From positions 62,001 to 126,000 of the forward strand of contig JAAILG010000090.1 in the NCBI GenBank assembly GCA_012026655.1: DNA of 64,000 bases, in the 5' to 3' direction. Numbering within the stretch: the first letter of the stretch is position 1; each line of letters begins with the position of its first letter. Below are positions 1 to 13,947 of the stretch, in pieces. A model generated the notes under the pieces. The model did not search any database and was not told where the DNA came from. It worked only from the letters and a program-made list of their open reading frames with translations. The position numbers were made by a program, and so were the translations under genes. The DNA comes from Hydrolagus affinis. Taxonomy: Eukaryota.

Positions 1-1199
1 TTCCATCAGTTTTGGCCAGAGATCTGAAAATCCATGTAAACATTGCATAAATTGTAAAGAATCTTAAATTCAGTTTTAATCTGGAAGCTAGCCCGATCTG
101 AATGGTCCAAATGAAGATTGAGTTTACAACATTTTGATAATCTGTGCTATCTTAAGTGTTAAGGCATGAATGCCACATACTATGTGACAATGTTTCTGTG
201 GTTCCACACTTTTAAAAAAATCAGTACATGTCTATTTTTCCACCAAATACAGACTAATTAAGTGATGTATGTAAACTTTACTCTGAAGTATTCCTTTACA
301 AATCATTGTTGATCATTACAAAGTAAAAAGTGTTGGACACTTTGCTGGTTACCTTGCTTAATCGCCTGTTGTCATGGTCCTTCAAATCTATTTATTTTTA
401 AATAAAAAGATTTTGCTAAGTTAGGTCACATTGCCATGCAGTTAGCCACTGCGGTGGCTTGCCTGGAGGAGTGTTAGAGGGACAAAGATCCTTAGAGACA
501 TTCTCATTGATAGTTGGGTTTTAAATTTGATGAATGAAAAACGCTACATCTAAAGGTAAGTAATCTGTCCTTTCACTGAATGGTATAAGTGTAATGGAAA
601 GTCTGACGATTTTACATGATATTTATTGCTGGTAGCGACCAAATAAATTAAAGTTCAATTAATGCAGCAACCTACTCCTATTAATTTCCTTGCTGTGCAT
701 TGAGCACATATAAGCTTTTCCATTGTGCTAAGTTATACTACTTACTACATTTGTATTTTAGAATTGTTTTTTCATGGATAATACAATATTTACAGGTGAA
801 TCCTTTTTGTTTACAATCTTAAATGAATCCAGTTGATAGCTGGATGTTATAATTTCATATTCTGTTTGGTATAAAAGCTAACCCCATTGCGCACATTTAA
901 ATGTGTTAAACTACATGCGAATCTTTCACCCGAGGCTGGTGCACACTACTCATTTCTCAGGAAACAGTGTTTCCGTTATTATATTGAAAAATTACAACCC
1001 CAAAATATGGTCTGGATAAAGCCTTGCACAATAACAATTTATCAAAGAGTCGAGATGGCAAGTTGGGTTTTATTGAGAACGATAGCAAAGGTTTGTCATA
1101 TATCATTGTTATTAACCATTGGTGTTTGCCTAGATTAGTGTGACATTTTACAAGGACAGTGGTAGGTGATGTATGCTGTCTGCATCAGCAGCGCACTGA

Positions 1200-1481
<282 letters not shown>

Positions 1482-1789
1482 TAAAATTTGGAGTGAGTAC
1501 ATTTTCTTCAAAGTATTTTCTCGTTGTAGAGGAAAGAAAAAAATCACTAGAAAATAATTTATTGCTTCTAATGTAGATTCCTCCCTATAATACAATGGGT
1601 AGGAATCATGTCCTGCTGTACTAGGCAGTTTGAGTAACTTCTGTGACTTTAGGGAGGGAGAGAGACATCCATGTTTCAGAGTTTAACATGAACTGCCTGA
1701 ACCTGGGAAGCAGGACAAAGTGTGTCTGAGGTATTTTACTTAAGCAAGAATTTCTCACCCTTAATGATGACGAATGTAATGATGATTTT

Positions 1790-3075
1790 TGATTTTCTGT
1801 ATCTTGGGAGCGATCTGCATAGAGGTCGGAAGGTTGGAGGAGCTGGCGGGAGACGTGGAACAGATTGAAGGCCTTAATGACCCAATCCGTTGGGAGGAGG
1901 TGGACTCCGCACTGGCTTGCTAATAGCAAGGCAGCAGGTGTGGACAGCATTATTGCTGAGTTCCTAAAAGCTGTGAGGGGACGGATTGATGACGGTGAGG
2001 ATCCTAAAGATCCAAGCCAGGGACCTCCAACTCGCTGGGAGGTACCTTCCTAGCACTGGTCATCAGAACTCCCTCTGAATCATCCACTCCCGTCAGTGTT
2101 CCAGAGTTCAATTGTGGTTTCTATCCACAAGAAGTGTGACCCTAGTGAGACCGAGAACAACAGAAGGATCTCGCTGATTTCTTAAAGTATCATCACTGCA
2201 CATTTATCACACTCATTAGAGGCTCATAGCTTGATATGGAGGGAACAGGATGGCTTCTGCTCTCCTGAGAAATGTGTGAGTCAGGTCGTGTCTTTGTATC
2301 TCAAAACATGGATATCACCTATGTTAAGTTCATTAACTTCCACAAAGTTTTCAACCTAGTGCCTCATGAAGCTCTCATGATGAAACTGGAAGTCCTGGGA
2401 GAACATGGCCAAATCTTTTTATTCTGAATGCATATTCCAAAATCCATGTAAAAGGGTCGACAGTGGACTCCCTGAGCTCATCCCTCTTGAATCGGAGTTG
2501 AGTGGCATCGAATGGGACAGACTTGGGGTATCTGTTCCAGGCCTCTCTGACAGAAATACAGCTGTTTGCAGCTGTTTGCAGACGTTGCTTTGCTGCTGGC
2601 ATATTCACCTGGGGACTTTCTGCACTGGACCTGCCACCTTGAACTCAGCCAAAAGGTGGGTGATGGTCCCAGTGCAGAATCCTGGTTCTGCTCGACTCAA
2701 GGGAAGACATCAAGGGCATTGTTTAGAAGATACAATTGATAAATTGATAAGATAAATCTTTTCAGTACCTTTTGCCTGGGGTTGTTCTGGGACTGCGCTG
2801 AGAAGGGGTGAAGAACACTCAGGTGGCGATCATCTCTTTTCATGGACAGTAAGGACCCAATGCAGAACAAGTTACAACAACAACTTGCACCCATCACACA
2901 GGATAGCATTCCAAGAGCACTTAAGGCTCTGCGGTTTCAACTAGTTCGACTCCAGCAGGACCCCAGTGAACACTCTGGGGTCCCCAAGCATTGGATCTTG
3001 CCAGCCTGCACCTAATACTAGTTAAGCAGAATGTGTCCCTCCAGGGAGAGAGTGTGAATTCCATTCCAATAAATC
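1790..3075 (+). mobile_element. Decayed, internally deleted non-LTR retrotransposon (RT remnants; clade undetermined)
   Basis: Broken RT motifs: KAAGVDSIIAEFLK, RRISL, EQDGF, F..VFNLVPHEAL..KL, GVSVPGL...LFAD. Confidence 0.65.
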
Positions 3076-3344
3076 ATCTCTGGAATTTCCATGTTTGGGT
3101 GGTTTGGATACTCTTAAAGCATGGTGATGGGTTTCCGCAAGTGTCAGACACTTGACTGACCAAAAATAATGTATCTTAGGACAATTTCGTGCATTCTTTC
3201 TCCATTAAATGATAGAATTTCTTATATTTTGCAGCTGTAATATTTTAAGGAATCTGGAAATACATCAAGCTCACTCACGGAATCTGTGTTCCAGCACAAT
3301 GTACCTTCAGAGCGTAGCTCTTGCAAGTCAATATGGAAACATTG

Positions 3345-3850
3345 AATTTCACCGCACAAATTGAAGCCATTCGGCCCATCGCGTCTGTGGCGGCTGTTTG
3401 AAAAGAGCTATTCAAAGTCAATCCCACTCCCCGGCTCTCTCGCCATAACCATGCAAACTCCCCAAATAACCATTCACCTATCTTTTAAAAATTGTTATTG
3501 AATCAGCCTTCACAACCCTTTCAGGCAATGCATTCCAGATTCGAACAACTCGCTGCGTGAAAAAAAATTTCCTCACCTCCCACCAGCGGAAACAGTTCGT
3601 CCCTGTTTACTCTATTAAATTCCCTCATGATTTTGAAAACCTCTGTTAGGTCTCCTTGTAATCTTGTCTGTTACAAAGAATAATCCTAGCCTCTCCAACC
3701 TTTCCTCATTAACCAAAGTCCCTCATTCCTGTTACCATCCTGGTAAATCTCCTCTGCACTCTTTCCAATGCCTTAACATCTTTCCTAAAGTGTGGTGCCC
3801 AGAACTGAACACAGTACTCGAGCTGAGGCCTAACCAATGTTTTATACAGT
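3345..3850 (-). mobile_element. CR1-clade LINE 3' fragment (HER1-like)
   Basis: [39 protein letters not shown] is the CR1 ORF2 C-terminus; gatgggccgaatggc 3' stem-loop tail. Confidence 0.85.
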
Positions 3851-5814
3851 GATGTGTGATGTTCTTCTGGTCTTAAAATGTTCCCAGATTTATTTATAAT
3901 AATTCTGTGAGATATTAACACACACTGCACCCCAGTGTCACTGGTTTGGGAGTTCACTGTTTTTTCCTACATCAAAATTCTACCATTTTAATTATTCTCT
4001 GCTTCACTTAAGAATAAGGCGGTCAGAGAACATGAGAGCATGTATGAGGCCAGTAGGCTGAAACCAATTGAAAAATGTTAAAATGAAAACAGAATGCAGT
4101 CAGTTTCATCAGTATTTTCCAAACATTAATCAGCAAAACGTTTACAAATACATTACTTTTACATACATACATTACATTTAAAAAAAACACTTATCAAACC
4201 AATGTGTGGCACAAATTTAGTCTAAAATTCTGTTGATTTGACAGACTAGTATTAAGTTTATGGGAGCACTAATGGCATCTTTTTGTAAAGGGTATTTTAA
4301 CATTTCTGTTTTGTAAAATGTAGAATGAATAACACAAATTAGGTGGTGTCGGTTACACGTTTGTTTCAATGTTATTATTACCAAATATCCATGTTTTCAA
4401 TATTCAGCAATAACAAAATCATTCTAACCTAATCGCAAAAATGTTTTTAAAAATCGTTTCTGATAATAGTTCAGGTAAGTAGGTTTTGGTGATGGTTGCT
4501 TTCATAGGTTGAATGAATGAATGCCCCTAATACACAAAAGCATTCTCAAGTTCTCAAATTGAAGCAATTGAGAAGCAACAGTATTAAAGCACTGTTGGAT
4601 ACAGAATGTGCTACTGGCGGTCTTCCCAGACAATCTCTTCTGTGTCCTAGGAGCACATAATTCAGCATGCAAATATGTGTGCCCAGTACAAAGTAACAGG
4701 GAGTGAAAAACAACTTACTTTCTTAGATATTCTGCAGGAATGCCTTGAGGTCATCTGCTTGGGCCCCTATGGGGCTGAATGCAGTCTTAAAACATTTTGG
4801 GTAGAAACATTCCAACTTTGACCTCTTCATTGCTGTCACTTGACTTGAGGTCACATCAACCACTACATATCTCTGAGAATATCAGCTTTGGCATTAAGAC
4901 CAGTAAGATTTAACTGTTCATGGCAAATCATGCATGAAGTAAAATCATATGAAGGCTTTGATTTTGTTTGGTGTGCAATAAAGCACTGCTGTCAGTTTTT
5001 CAGATACATGGCCCCTGTACTGCAGATAGGGGAGCCTCATGGGATGCCCTGGGAGACTTGCAATGCCCAAGCTGTTCCCATGTTTTGGTAGCGATTTGGT
5101 TTTGTCACAGCTCTTTTGTCTGTACAGGATTTCCAGCACGGCGAAGAGATTTGGAATATGTGTTTTGGATAGGCCAAGTGGGGCATTTGATTTTCCCCAT
5201 TGCAGTGAGACTGACTGAAAAGATGCTGGTCTGTAATTGTAAAAATGTATGTTTACCAACAGCAAAAGTTTAATATCTTGTCAAAGGGTAGAGTTCTGTA
5301 ATTTAAGGAGCCTCTGTTGAATAATGTGGGCAGTGCTAGGTCAATTGTATTCTGCGTGTACAACTCCTATTTTTTCACCGATGTCCACATCCACAACAGG
5401 GTAGTGTAATTCTTTGAACATTTCACAGATGGTATTGGTTATGGGTTTGTTTGTTTTTAAAAATGGTGTGCAATTATTGGAAAGATCTTGAATAATATGG
5501 ATAACATGTCGCCATGCTAAATACAATATTCGAGGTTTGATTAAACAAAATTCTGTGTAATGTATAGCACAGTGTAGATGTATTTCATGAAGAAATTTCT
5601 CTTTTTACCTGCGGCAATCTGAATTTGAAACTAAAAATGACAGTATAAAGTATAAAACAGTATAAAAAGCCTTATATATTTTTAAAAAGTTGATTTATCT
5701 CATCACTTGTTTCCTAGTGAGTTTTTGATCTGTCACATGTGGAAAAATGATAATCATGCTTTAGGAAATGCAATCTGACTGAGAGCCCAACCGACATGCA
5801 AATTTCTCTGTGTC

Positions 5815-6480
5815 TGAAATGGAATCAACACTCTTCCTGGAGGGACACACCCTGCTTACTTATTTTTGAAGTCTATAAGGTGGAGATTGACAAGAACCAA
5901 GGCTTCGGGATCCCAGAGTGTGGAAATTAACCAGCTAAACCACATAGTTAGTCATTGAGAGCACTCACTTGCAAGCTTGCTGATCCTTGCTCACACACCT
6001 AAAAGGGCTTTGTTTGGCTTCCGGAATGAGTAGAAACTGAGCAGGAAGAGTCCCTGCTCCCATTCACCTGTTCAAGTCCTGCCAATGAACCAAGCTGGCT
6101 GGTCTGTTATTAGCTATGTCATGGGGTACTGCAAGCCTGTCTGGCTCATAATCTGGACTATTTCAGACCACCATAGCGAATTAACTTAAGTCTGACATTC
6201 CATTGATAAGCACTTTAGAGCTCCAAGGAGACCCCATTTAACTCTTCTTCCCACCCCACCCCCAGAAGATAGCCACTTGATATCCAACAAGCACAGGTTT
6301 GAGCCCTCCTTTTCCCCTGAGTGGATCCATGTGCAAGATGTTGCACATGATCCCCAGATGAGTTTGCCAATACCACAATATTATAAGCAAACAGAAGTGC
6401 ACAGTTCTGTCAGAAATGCCTGGAACAGATCCATCAAGTCCGTTCCCCTTGATTGCATTCAATACATCATTGATGAATAC
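5815..6480 (-). mobile_element. Second, inverted copy of the same decayed non-LTR element
   Basis: Reverse complement shares atctgttccaggc.t.tctgacagaa and gtgtccctccagg..gagtgt..attccatt with 2530-3070. Confidence 0.6.
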
Positions 6481-8148
6481 ATCAAATAAGGCTGTTCTGA
6501 TTTATAGGGAAAATCTAAAGCATTGTACAGAACAAGTTTACATTCATTGGCCATATTCATTCTGCCTGATATTCTGATATCTAACTTTTCAAACATGTGT
6601 TTTTTGATGTTTCTATGCAATCCATTACCAGCTTTTCCAGGTATTCATGAGCATGTTATCAACAAACCTTGCTGCTTTTCCCTCAGCACAGCCCAAAAAG
6701 AAACCTTGGTTTGTCAGTTCTGCAAACTCACATTTTTAAAAGCCAATTGTTAATGCATGGTTATTTTGCCTCAAGTAGGAAAGCTGGAGAAAATAATATT
6801 ATTGGAAATAGTTAAGACCAAATTAAGAATATTTGAAAGCAGAAAGGAGCTAAACAAAAAGAAACGTAAAGGCAGTGTTAACTAGTTTGACTCTCCAATG
6901 TGTTTATTGACCTTTTTCCGAGGGCTTGAATCTGTCCTTTTATAAACATGACACTATTTTTTATCCACATTGTTCTTCTGATTTTACCATGTTTAAGATA
7001 AGTCCTCCATAAATGTAAGCCATCACTTCACTGTGTTATGTATTGACCTGTGTAGTGAGATTAATCACAAGCAGCCAGTCATCTACTTTGTACCATTTTC
7101 CTGCTGTCTTCTGAAGTGCATCTTGAGAACAATGACAGCTGTCAGCTTCCATTAATTATCCAGTGGGCTTTGCTCTTGTCATTTAAAGATGCCTCTAGTG
7201 TCCTTAACAACATGAGCTATATATGAAGACTGTATGATCCATGCAAAGAAGTACTGAGCAGTGTTTTGAGCCTCTGTTTGTTTTTTATGCTGAAGTACAA
7301 TGAAGGCAGCAAACAAACATTACACATGTTTCACTGGCCCCTGACCTCTTGTGAATTTCTTCCAGCAGTTTGTTTTAAAAATTGCTTCTCAGTTAAAGTC
7401 CCCTATTGCTTCTCAGTTATAGTCCCCTGTTTTCTTGTTCCTCCTCTCCTGTTGAGACAATCATAACCTTGGCTTGATTTCTACCAATTTTTTAAGAATA
7501 AAAATGCCTATTACCTACATTCATCTTTTTGTGCAGGATGCATCATTTTTCCTGTAGATGCAATACACAAGAATTCTGTGTCAGATTTCTCTATGGCTGA
7601 CATCAATGCCACTTCATGATTAGTCATTGTTAGGATACTTGATTCAATGAGAGGGAGACCTGTCATTCTTTTCCTCCTACCCCATTCAGCAAGTGTCCTT
7701 TGTCTTCACAAGACTGTCTTCCCCACACTCACACATCTTATGCCACATTGCACGTCCTGACTAGGTCCATATTGACAACAGATAAGAATGTTGTGTAGAA
7801 AGTCTATTTCTAACCATTTGTCTATCAATACCAGTGTGTGCAGCAGTTCTGTTTTTGATTGAACCATCCAAATTAATATTTGTTACTTATAAATGTATAT
7901 AAAATATATTTCACAATGGGACGAGTAAATATTTTAGGTTAAGTATACAGTATATGGAAAATATATTATTTTGCCATGTTTACAATTTGCTTTAATTTGT
8001 CTACATCTCCTTGAGCCAAGCAGTATTTTCCGGATGACCATATAAGAAAATCGATTTCTCCTGGCCTCTGCCAATGCTATGAATTCACAGGGCACTGTGA
8101 ACATCCTGATTGACCTAATGAATGATATTTTCTATGGCATTTATATAG

Positions 8149-8380
8149 GTTACTTACTTTCAAGGCGAGAGGGACAGGCAGGATCACCTGAAAAGCCACT
8201 GTCTGACCTGGGAAGGCTTTCGTACCTTGCATACTGGAAGAGTGTGATACTAGAATACCTGCAGCAGCATCGTGACAAGCACATCAGCATAAAGGGGATT
8301 AGCAGGGAAACAGGGATGTGTCCACATGATATTGCCATTACTCTGCAGCAATTGAGAATGATTGACCGCCGAGATTACAA
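8149..8380 (+). CDS. KAT6B: KAT6B internal exon, MYST HAT domain (catalytic Glu in [11 protein letters not shown])
   Basis: tatag acceptor, AA|gtaagt donor; phase joins the previous exon (A+GT=Ser). [37 protein letters not shown]...[18 protein letters not shown]. Confidence 0.96.
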
Positions 8381-8859
8381 GTAAGTGTGCTATGCAAGCC
8401 TTAAATTAATTTAAAGGCCAATTGTACTTATGCATCATATACATGAGGGAGAAGGGAATAGAGTGGTATAGGTAAGGGGAATTGGGTGGGGACTGGTATA
8501 GAGTATAAAGTGGAGTACTGTTGCTGAATGATTGGGCCAAATGATCGGTGAACTTTCAACCATTCTGCCCCTGGTCTCCAGAACAGCCTTGCCCCCTCCC
8601 TCCCATGGCTGAAACCTGCCTTAACCTATCTTTACCACCATACTTTTGGTTATCTTTTCCCATTCCTCACCTTACCTTAGTCAGCTGTGTGAAATGCTTT
8701 GAGAAATCCTCCCAAGGCTCCCTATTGTGTTCTTATTAAGTATTTCTGTTGAGTTTACATAGCCTAATGGGGAGGCTAACTCTTCTCAATAGTCAACTCC
8801 TGTTATAATGGAAGTGGAATCCAAATTTATACCTATCCACTTTAAATTGCTCTGGACTG

Positions 8860-9008
8860 AGGAGAGTTCTCAGAGTATTAAGGGAAAAGGGGCGAAAGTG
8901 GGAAATTGGAATTGAAAGTATTAGTAGAAGTATAGATTAGCCATGATCTAATTAAATGGCAAACAGGCTTGAAGGGCTGAATGACCCACTCCTGTTCCTA
9001 TGTTCTCT
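8860..9008 (+). mobile_element. CR1 3' UTR/tail fragment
   Basis: gattagccatgatc...gaagggctgaatgacccactcctgttcctatgttct tail. Confidence 0.6.
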
Positions 9009-9349
9009 GCATGTATGGCACTTTATGAACCACCAACAAATACCAGTTCATTTACAACCTCTTTAATAACATTTAAAATGTTACGGGTAAACCAATAGTC
9101 CAGACATTTAACTGCTTTCATACTTGCCCAATGGCTGGATGTTTTTTTTTCTTTCAATGCATTTCTGGATTGAAACAATCCCACTAAAACCTAATTCATG
9201 CTGTATTTAACATCAATTTAACTCCAGGCTAATAGGCTAGTGATTCACTATTTCAATGTTATCTTGGTAATCTTCGGAAGCAAAAAACATTTATTCACAA
9301 GTTGCTTTTGTACAAATGACATTAATATACAGCGATTTCTAATAGGAAT

Positions 9350-9660
9350 CCTCTTGGTCGGAAAATTGAGGGTTCAAACTCCCAAGTGTGGACTTAGCTC
9401 ATAGTCTAAACTCTATTGCATTGTTGGAGGAATGCAATGTTGTCAGGGGTGTTTTTTGATGAGATGTTAAACTGTTCAGTTAAATTGAACAACATTTGAT
9501 TAGAAAAGAGTATTTCTATGCTGCTTGGCTTTATCTAGAATCCTGCAGATAAATTGATCATTGGCTTTTTGTGAGACATTGCTGCATGCAAATTGGCTGT
9601 TGTGATTGTTTACAAGAATAGTCACTACACTTGACAGTAATTACCTGCAAAGAAAACATT
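9350..9660 (+). mobile_element. Old DeuSINE (SacSINE-like) copy
   Basis: Deu-domain-like gatgagatgttaaac plus tgtgagacattgctgcatgcaaattggctg. Confidence 0.55.
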
Positions 9661-10051
9661 TTGATCAAATGGAAGGATTGTAATATATGCACAGCTCAAA
9701 AGCAATGTAGAATTGCAGTGGGTTAGGTGATTGCATTGGTTTGTTTAAAGATACTGCAGGGTAAAGGTATGGTTAGTCAAACTAACCAAGTTCTACATGT
9801 GCACCATCAGACATAGGATTTTTTTTAAAGGAATATTTTCATATGAATGATAGTGAGAATTTATGTGACTGTATCACAAGATCATTTATTGCTCAGATTG
9901 ATGTCTATGTAGCATGAGAACAGCAGTAGCTCTTAGGCCAGTTTTAACAAAACAGTTTTTAATGAAATGATGACTTTTATTGGTAGCATAAATAAGATAA
10001 TTCAGTGAACCCATTATAGACCTGTGACGTAAGGTTACATTTGTATTGTAG

Positions 10052-10211
10052 ATTTGTTATCATTCGACGGGAAAAACTCATTCAACAACATGTGGAACGA
10101 TTACATGTTAACCCACGCATCAACAAACTGGACCAAGGAAGCCTTCAATGGACTCCATTAGTAGTTTCCAGTGCTGCTGTTTCAGAAGAAGAAAGGGAGG
10201 CTGAAAAAGAG
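10052..10211 (+). CDS. KAT6B: KAT6B internal exon, end of MYST domain
   Basis: tgtag acceptor, GAG|gtaatt donor; [10 protein letters not shown]...[23 protein letters not shown]. Confidence 0.95.
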
Positions 10212-11344
10212 GTAATTTTTAAATGACTTGATACCTTAGATAATACAGATCTAGGAGCATTTGACATTGTTTGATTTCAGTTCTGGCCTGAACGATAGCA
10301 TTACTGTATTTTTAAACAGTTGGATGGAGGGTATTCTGGACGAATGAGGTCAAATTAGCTGAAGGTCTTCTTCATTCAAAATGATCTAGGAATCTTATAA
10401 TGTAAAGTCTTGAATTGTACAATTCCCTTCTACAAATGGTGGTAACAGCAGTGTGATTATACATATTTTTTAAAAAGCTGTATACAGGAAGGAAAGGTGT
10501 TCTGCCAATAATCAGAATTCATGGTTATAAGTACAGTATGATTGCAAAGTACTCCCCAAGCTCAGGCAGCCATGCAAAGTGCTTTAAGATGTCCTCCAAG
10601 GTACTATATCATGTTCTTATTCAGCATTTCTGATGCGCTTACAGAGCCTATTTTGGAAGTTTAGGGCCGCTAATCTAGAAGTGTCAATCCTTGCAGCAAC
10701 GTTAAGAAATCACGTTCAGTGTGGGCACTCATAATCCTCATTATTTTTCATATGTCAGCAACATCCAAGAATTCTAGATACAATTGTGCCAAATTTGCTT
10801 TTATTAATTGGTTTATTAATTTGATTCATAAGATATCCTCACATTACAGAATTTTTTTCAAGCGTACCCATTTTAACAATAATGCTGACTGTAATGGATA
10901 TAAACTTGTATGTTGTTCCAAAGCCAAAAAAAAAGTCAACTTGTAGAATTAAAAAGGAAACAAGAAAATACTCCTATTGTGAGTCCTAAGATTGTTGAAG
11001 CTGTATCAGATGTGATAGCGTCAGTTCTGCTCAATGTAGTCTTGAAAAGCGACACAGTAAACAATCAATTCAGTGTGTCTGAGGAGTCTCGCAAGATTGG
11101 TTCTTGTCAGTGGACATGTTTACAATGAAAGAGAACCTCAATCAATTCACTTTATAATTAATAGTTCTAAATATTCCATGAAATGTGATCCTTCTCTGGC
11201 TGCTCATTATAACTGTTCTGAACAAGCTGCTAGCTGATTGAGTTTGGAACAGTTCCATTAAAACAGTACTATTTGACAGAGCAGCTGTTAATTTACCACT
11301 GAATGATGTAGGTTCGTAACCTTGTTATCCACTTCCAATTTTAG

Positions 11345-11611
11345 GCTGATCATCTGATGGAACAAGCTAGTTGCTGGGAAAAAGAGCAAGAGCTTTATAC
11401 TGAAACACAGGCCAGTAAGCATTCAACTCCAAATGCACCATGTAAAAATAGATTAGTGCAGTCAGAATGTCTTTCTGTCAATGGTGAACCAGTAATGAAG
11501 TGCACTAAAGAAACTAGTGAAGAAGAAGATGATGATGATGACAATGATGATCTTCAGCCCAACTCACCACCAGCCCTCACAAAACCACAGTTACGAGGAC
11601 CTAAAAGGAAG
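11345..11611 (+). CDS. KAT6B: KAT6B internal exon, start of acidic region
   Basis: ttttag acceptor, AAG|gtgagc donor; 267 bp, phase 0-0; ADHLMEQASCWEKEQE...SPPALTKPQLRGPKRK. Confidence 0.93.
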
Positions 11612-13625
11612 GTGAGCTCAAAAAATGAAACTAGTGTTTCATTTCAAGCAACAATTTTTACACCTTTTAAAAAAATATATATTTTTAGCTTAAAAGCTGA
11701 GCAAATAATGGGACTTTAATTTAGTATTTCATTTAATTCAGTATTTAATTTATGGTATTTCTCAGTTACGCAACTTGGATTTGCTTTTGGTAACAATACC
11801 TTGCATTTATATAATGTCGTACATTCAGGTATTTCCTTGGAATGTTTAACAGGAAGCAAGTCACATGAACCCAAGGAAACTCCATTCTGATGTGATATGC
11901 TTCCAGATCTGGAGTTTCCATGACTAGTCAGGAATTCTAATGGGATTTCTTATTATGGAATGCTACTGGGAAGTCCAATAAATTTAACATTAACGTCTCT
12001 GGCCTCATTAGGAAACCTTAGTTAAATAGCAATGGCTTGAGTCTTCTTTTGGAGGTGAAAAAAAGGCAAACTAGATGCAACTGAAATTTCATTTCAAAGC
12101 TAGTTTTTTGCAAACAGTCTTTATATCTCTCTCTTTTTGTCTCATGTCCTCACCTCAGTTCTTAATTAGCATAAATAGTAGCATTCATGTTTCCACAAAT
12201 GACAGTAAATTGGTAATCTCACTCAGAGGCATAATGATGACTTGTAAGGGAAATGGAAAAATCTATACTGGTTCAGTCACTGTGGTTCCAACATTGTGGT
12301 TTAACCAAGGCCTCAAAAGGTATGAGTTAAAGCTGTCATAGCTTTTGAGGTTTGGATTAAAGTACATTGCTGGAACCACAGAAAGGCAACTTAACTCAAT
12401 GTCTAGCCATGCTATAACTAACATGGTGTGCTAGAGACTGCTATTTTGGTCAAATGTAAGAAATATATCAATGCTGATTCCTCAGCCAAAAAAGTGTCTG
12501 CAGCAGTAATAACACAACACAGTTAATGAACTCAACGGGAAGTAAAAACTGAATGTATGGTGAATATTAGCTGAAATCAGGATGAATTTGTTCACCGTTT
12601 TATATCACTGTTGTTTAGAAAGCACAAATATTTTAGGTTTTTGAAAGGGATGTTTACACTTTTTGCTTTTTTCAGATGAGCTCAGAAGCATACTTATTGA
12701 AGCTTGCCTACCAAATACACAGTGTATACTTTGCAGTAAATCTTGAAAAGCACTTTAAGATATCTCCTAAGTGCAAAGTCGCTATAGCAAATGCAAGGAT
12801 TATTATTATTATATATTATATATATATGTGTGTGTATTAGTGCAGAATGCACAAATGTGTGGTGGTGTTATAACATGATTACAGGAAGGATTTCACACCT
12901 CACCACAGCTTATCAGTTATTTATGGTGGATGTGAATGTTCGCTCTACATAATTTAAATGAATACTAAAAACCTTTTGCAAATTTGGCCTTCTCCATTTT
13001 ATTAGCTGTGGGTTTACGTAATCCTTCTGGTTCTCAGAGTCAGTACAATATCGCCCTCTGGTGTTTCCAGATCTGTGACTTAAATTTCTCAGAATTATTT
13101 TTATTTATGGTCCTCTTTGTCTCAAGTTAATAATAATGTAACATTCATATTTAAGATAAAGCTTGAGCCATCTCTGCTAAAACTATGCTTCATTGCTTAG
13201 AATTCTACTTGGCTTCAGCATATCAGGACGGAGAGAACAAACAATACACCGTGCATAACATTATAAAAAGTGCAGAGAATTATAATCTGTATCATTCTGG
13301 ATAAAACAAACAACAAAATTACTTTTTTTTAAAGTGAACTAAAATATTTGCATGATTGGCAAAAGTATTTGTAAATAACATCTAACATGTTTTAGCTGAT
13401 CTGCTACAAGTCATTGCATGGAAAAAATATATTATTGGTATCTACTCAAGTCAGCGTTTGAGTGTGGTTGTTCCATAATTTGCCAGATACGAATCTCACA
13501 GTTTAGATAGACCCCAAAGACTAAATTTAGATTTGATGTGAATGGTTTCTTTTGAAGGTGCTTTTAAGTTTTTCGGTTACTATAATTCACTATACTAAAG
13601 GATTACTATTTTCTTGCTGTTTCAG

Positions 13626-13947
13626 AGGCTACCCATTCACCGAAAGAAGAGGGGTCGCAAGCGCCGGAGACACAACAGTAGTGTAACTACAGAGACGATT
13701 TCCGAAACAACTGAAGTGCTGCATGAAGCCTTTGCGAACTCTGATGATGAGCAGCAAATGCCTTGTCTGGAACCTACTTGTGAGGAAGAGGAGAACGATG
13801 AGGAAGATGAAAATGATGAACTAAAGAATTATTTCAGGTCTAACCGTCGCCGGTTAGGCTTTGAAAAGCAGAACACAAATCCAGAAGATGAGGGAGAAGA
13901 TCACTGCAAGAGTGCAGATGAAGCTCCCGAGAAAGAACAACGCACAG
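13626..13947 (+). CDS. KAT6B: KAT6B penultimate exon (basic NLS-like stretch plus acidic region)
   Basis: tttcag acceptor, G|gtaaca donor; [27 protein letters not shown]...MPCLEPTCE. Confidence 0.93.

Noticed and set aside
425-555. Segment ending in AAG|gtaagt as a possible upstream KAT6B exon
   Set aside because: It does not encode the expected ...GYFSK end of the preceding MYST exon, and the acceptor is weak.
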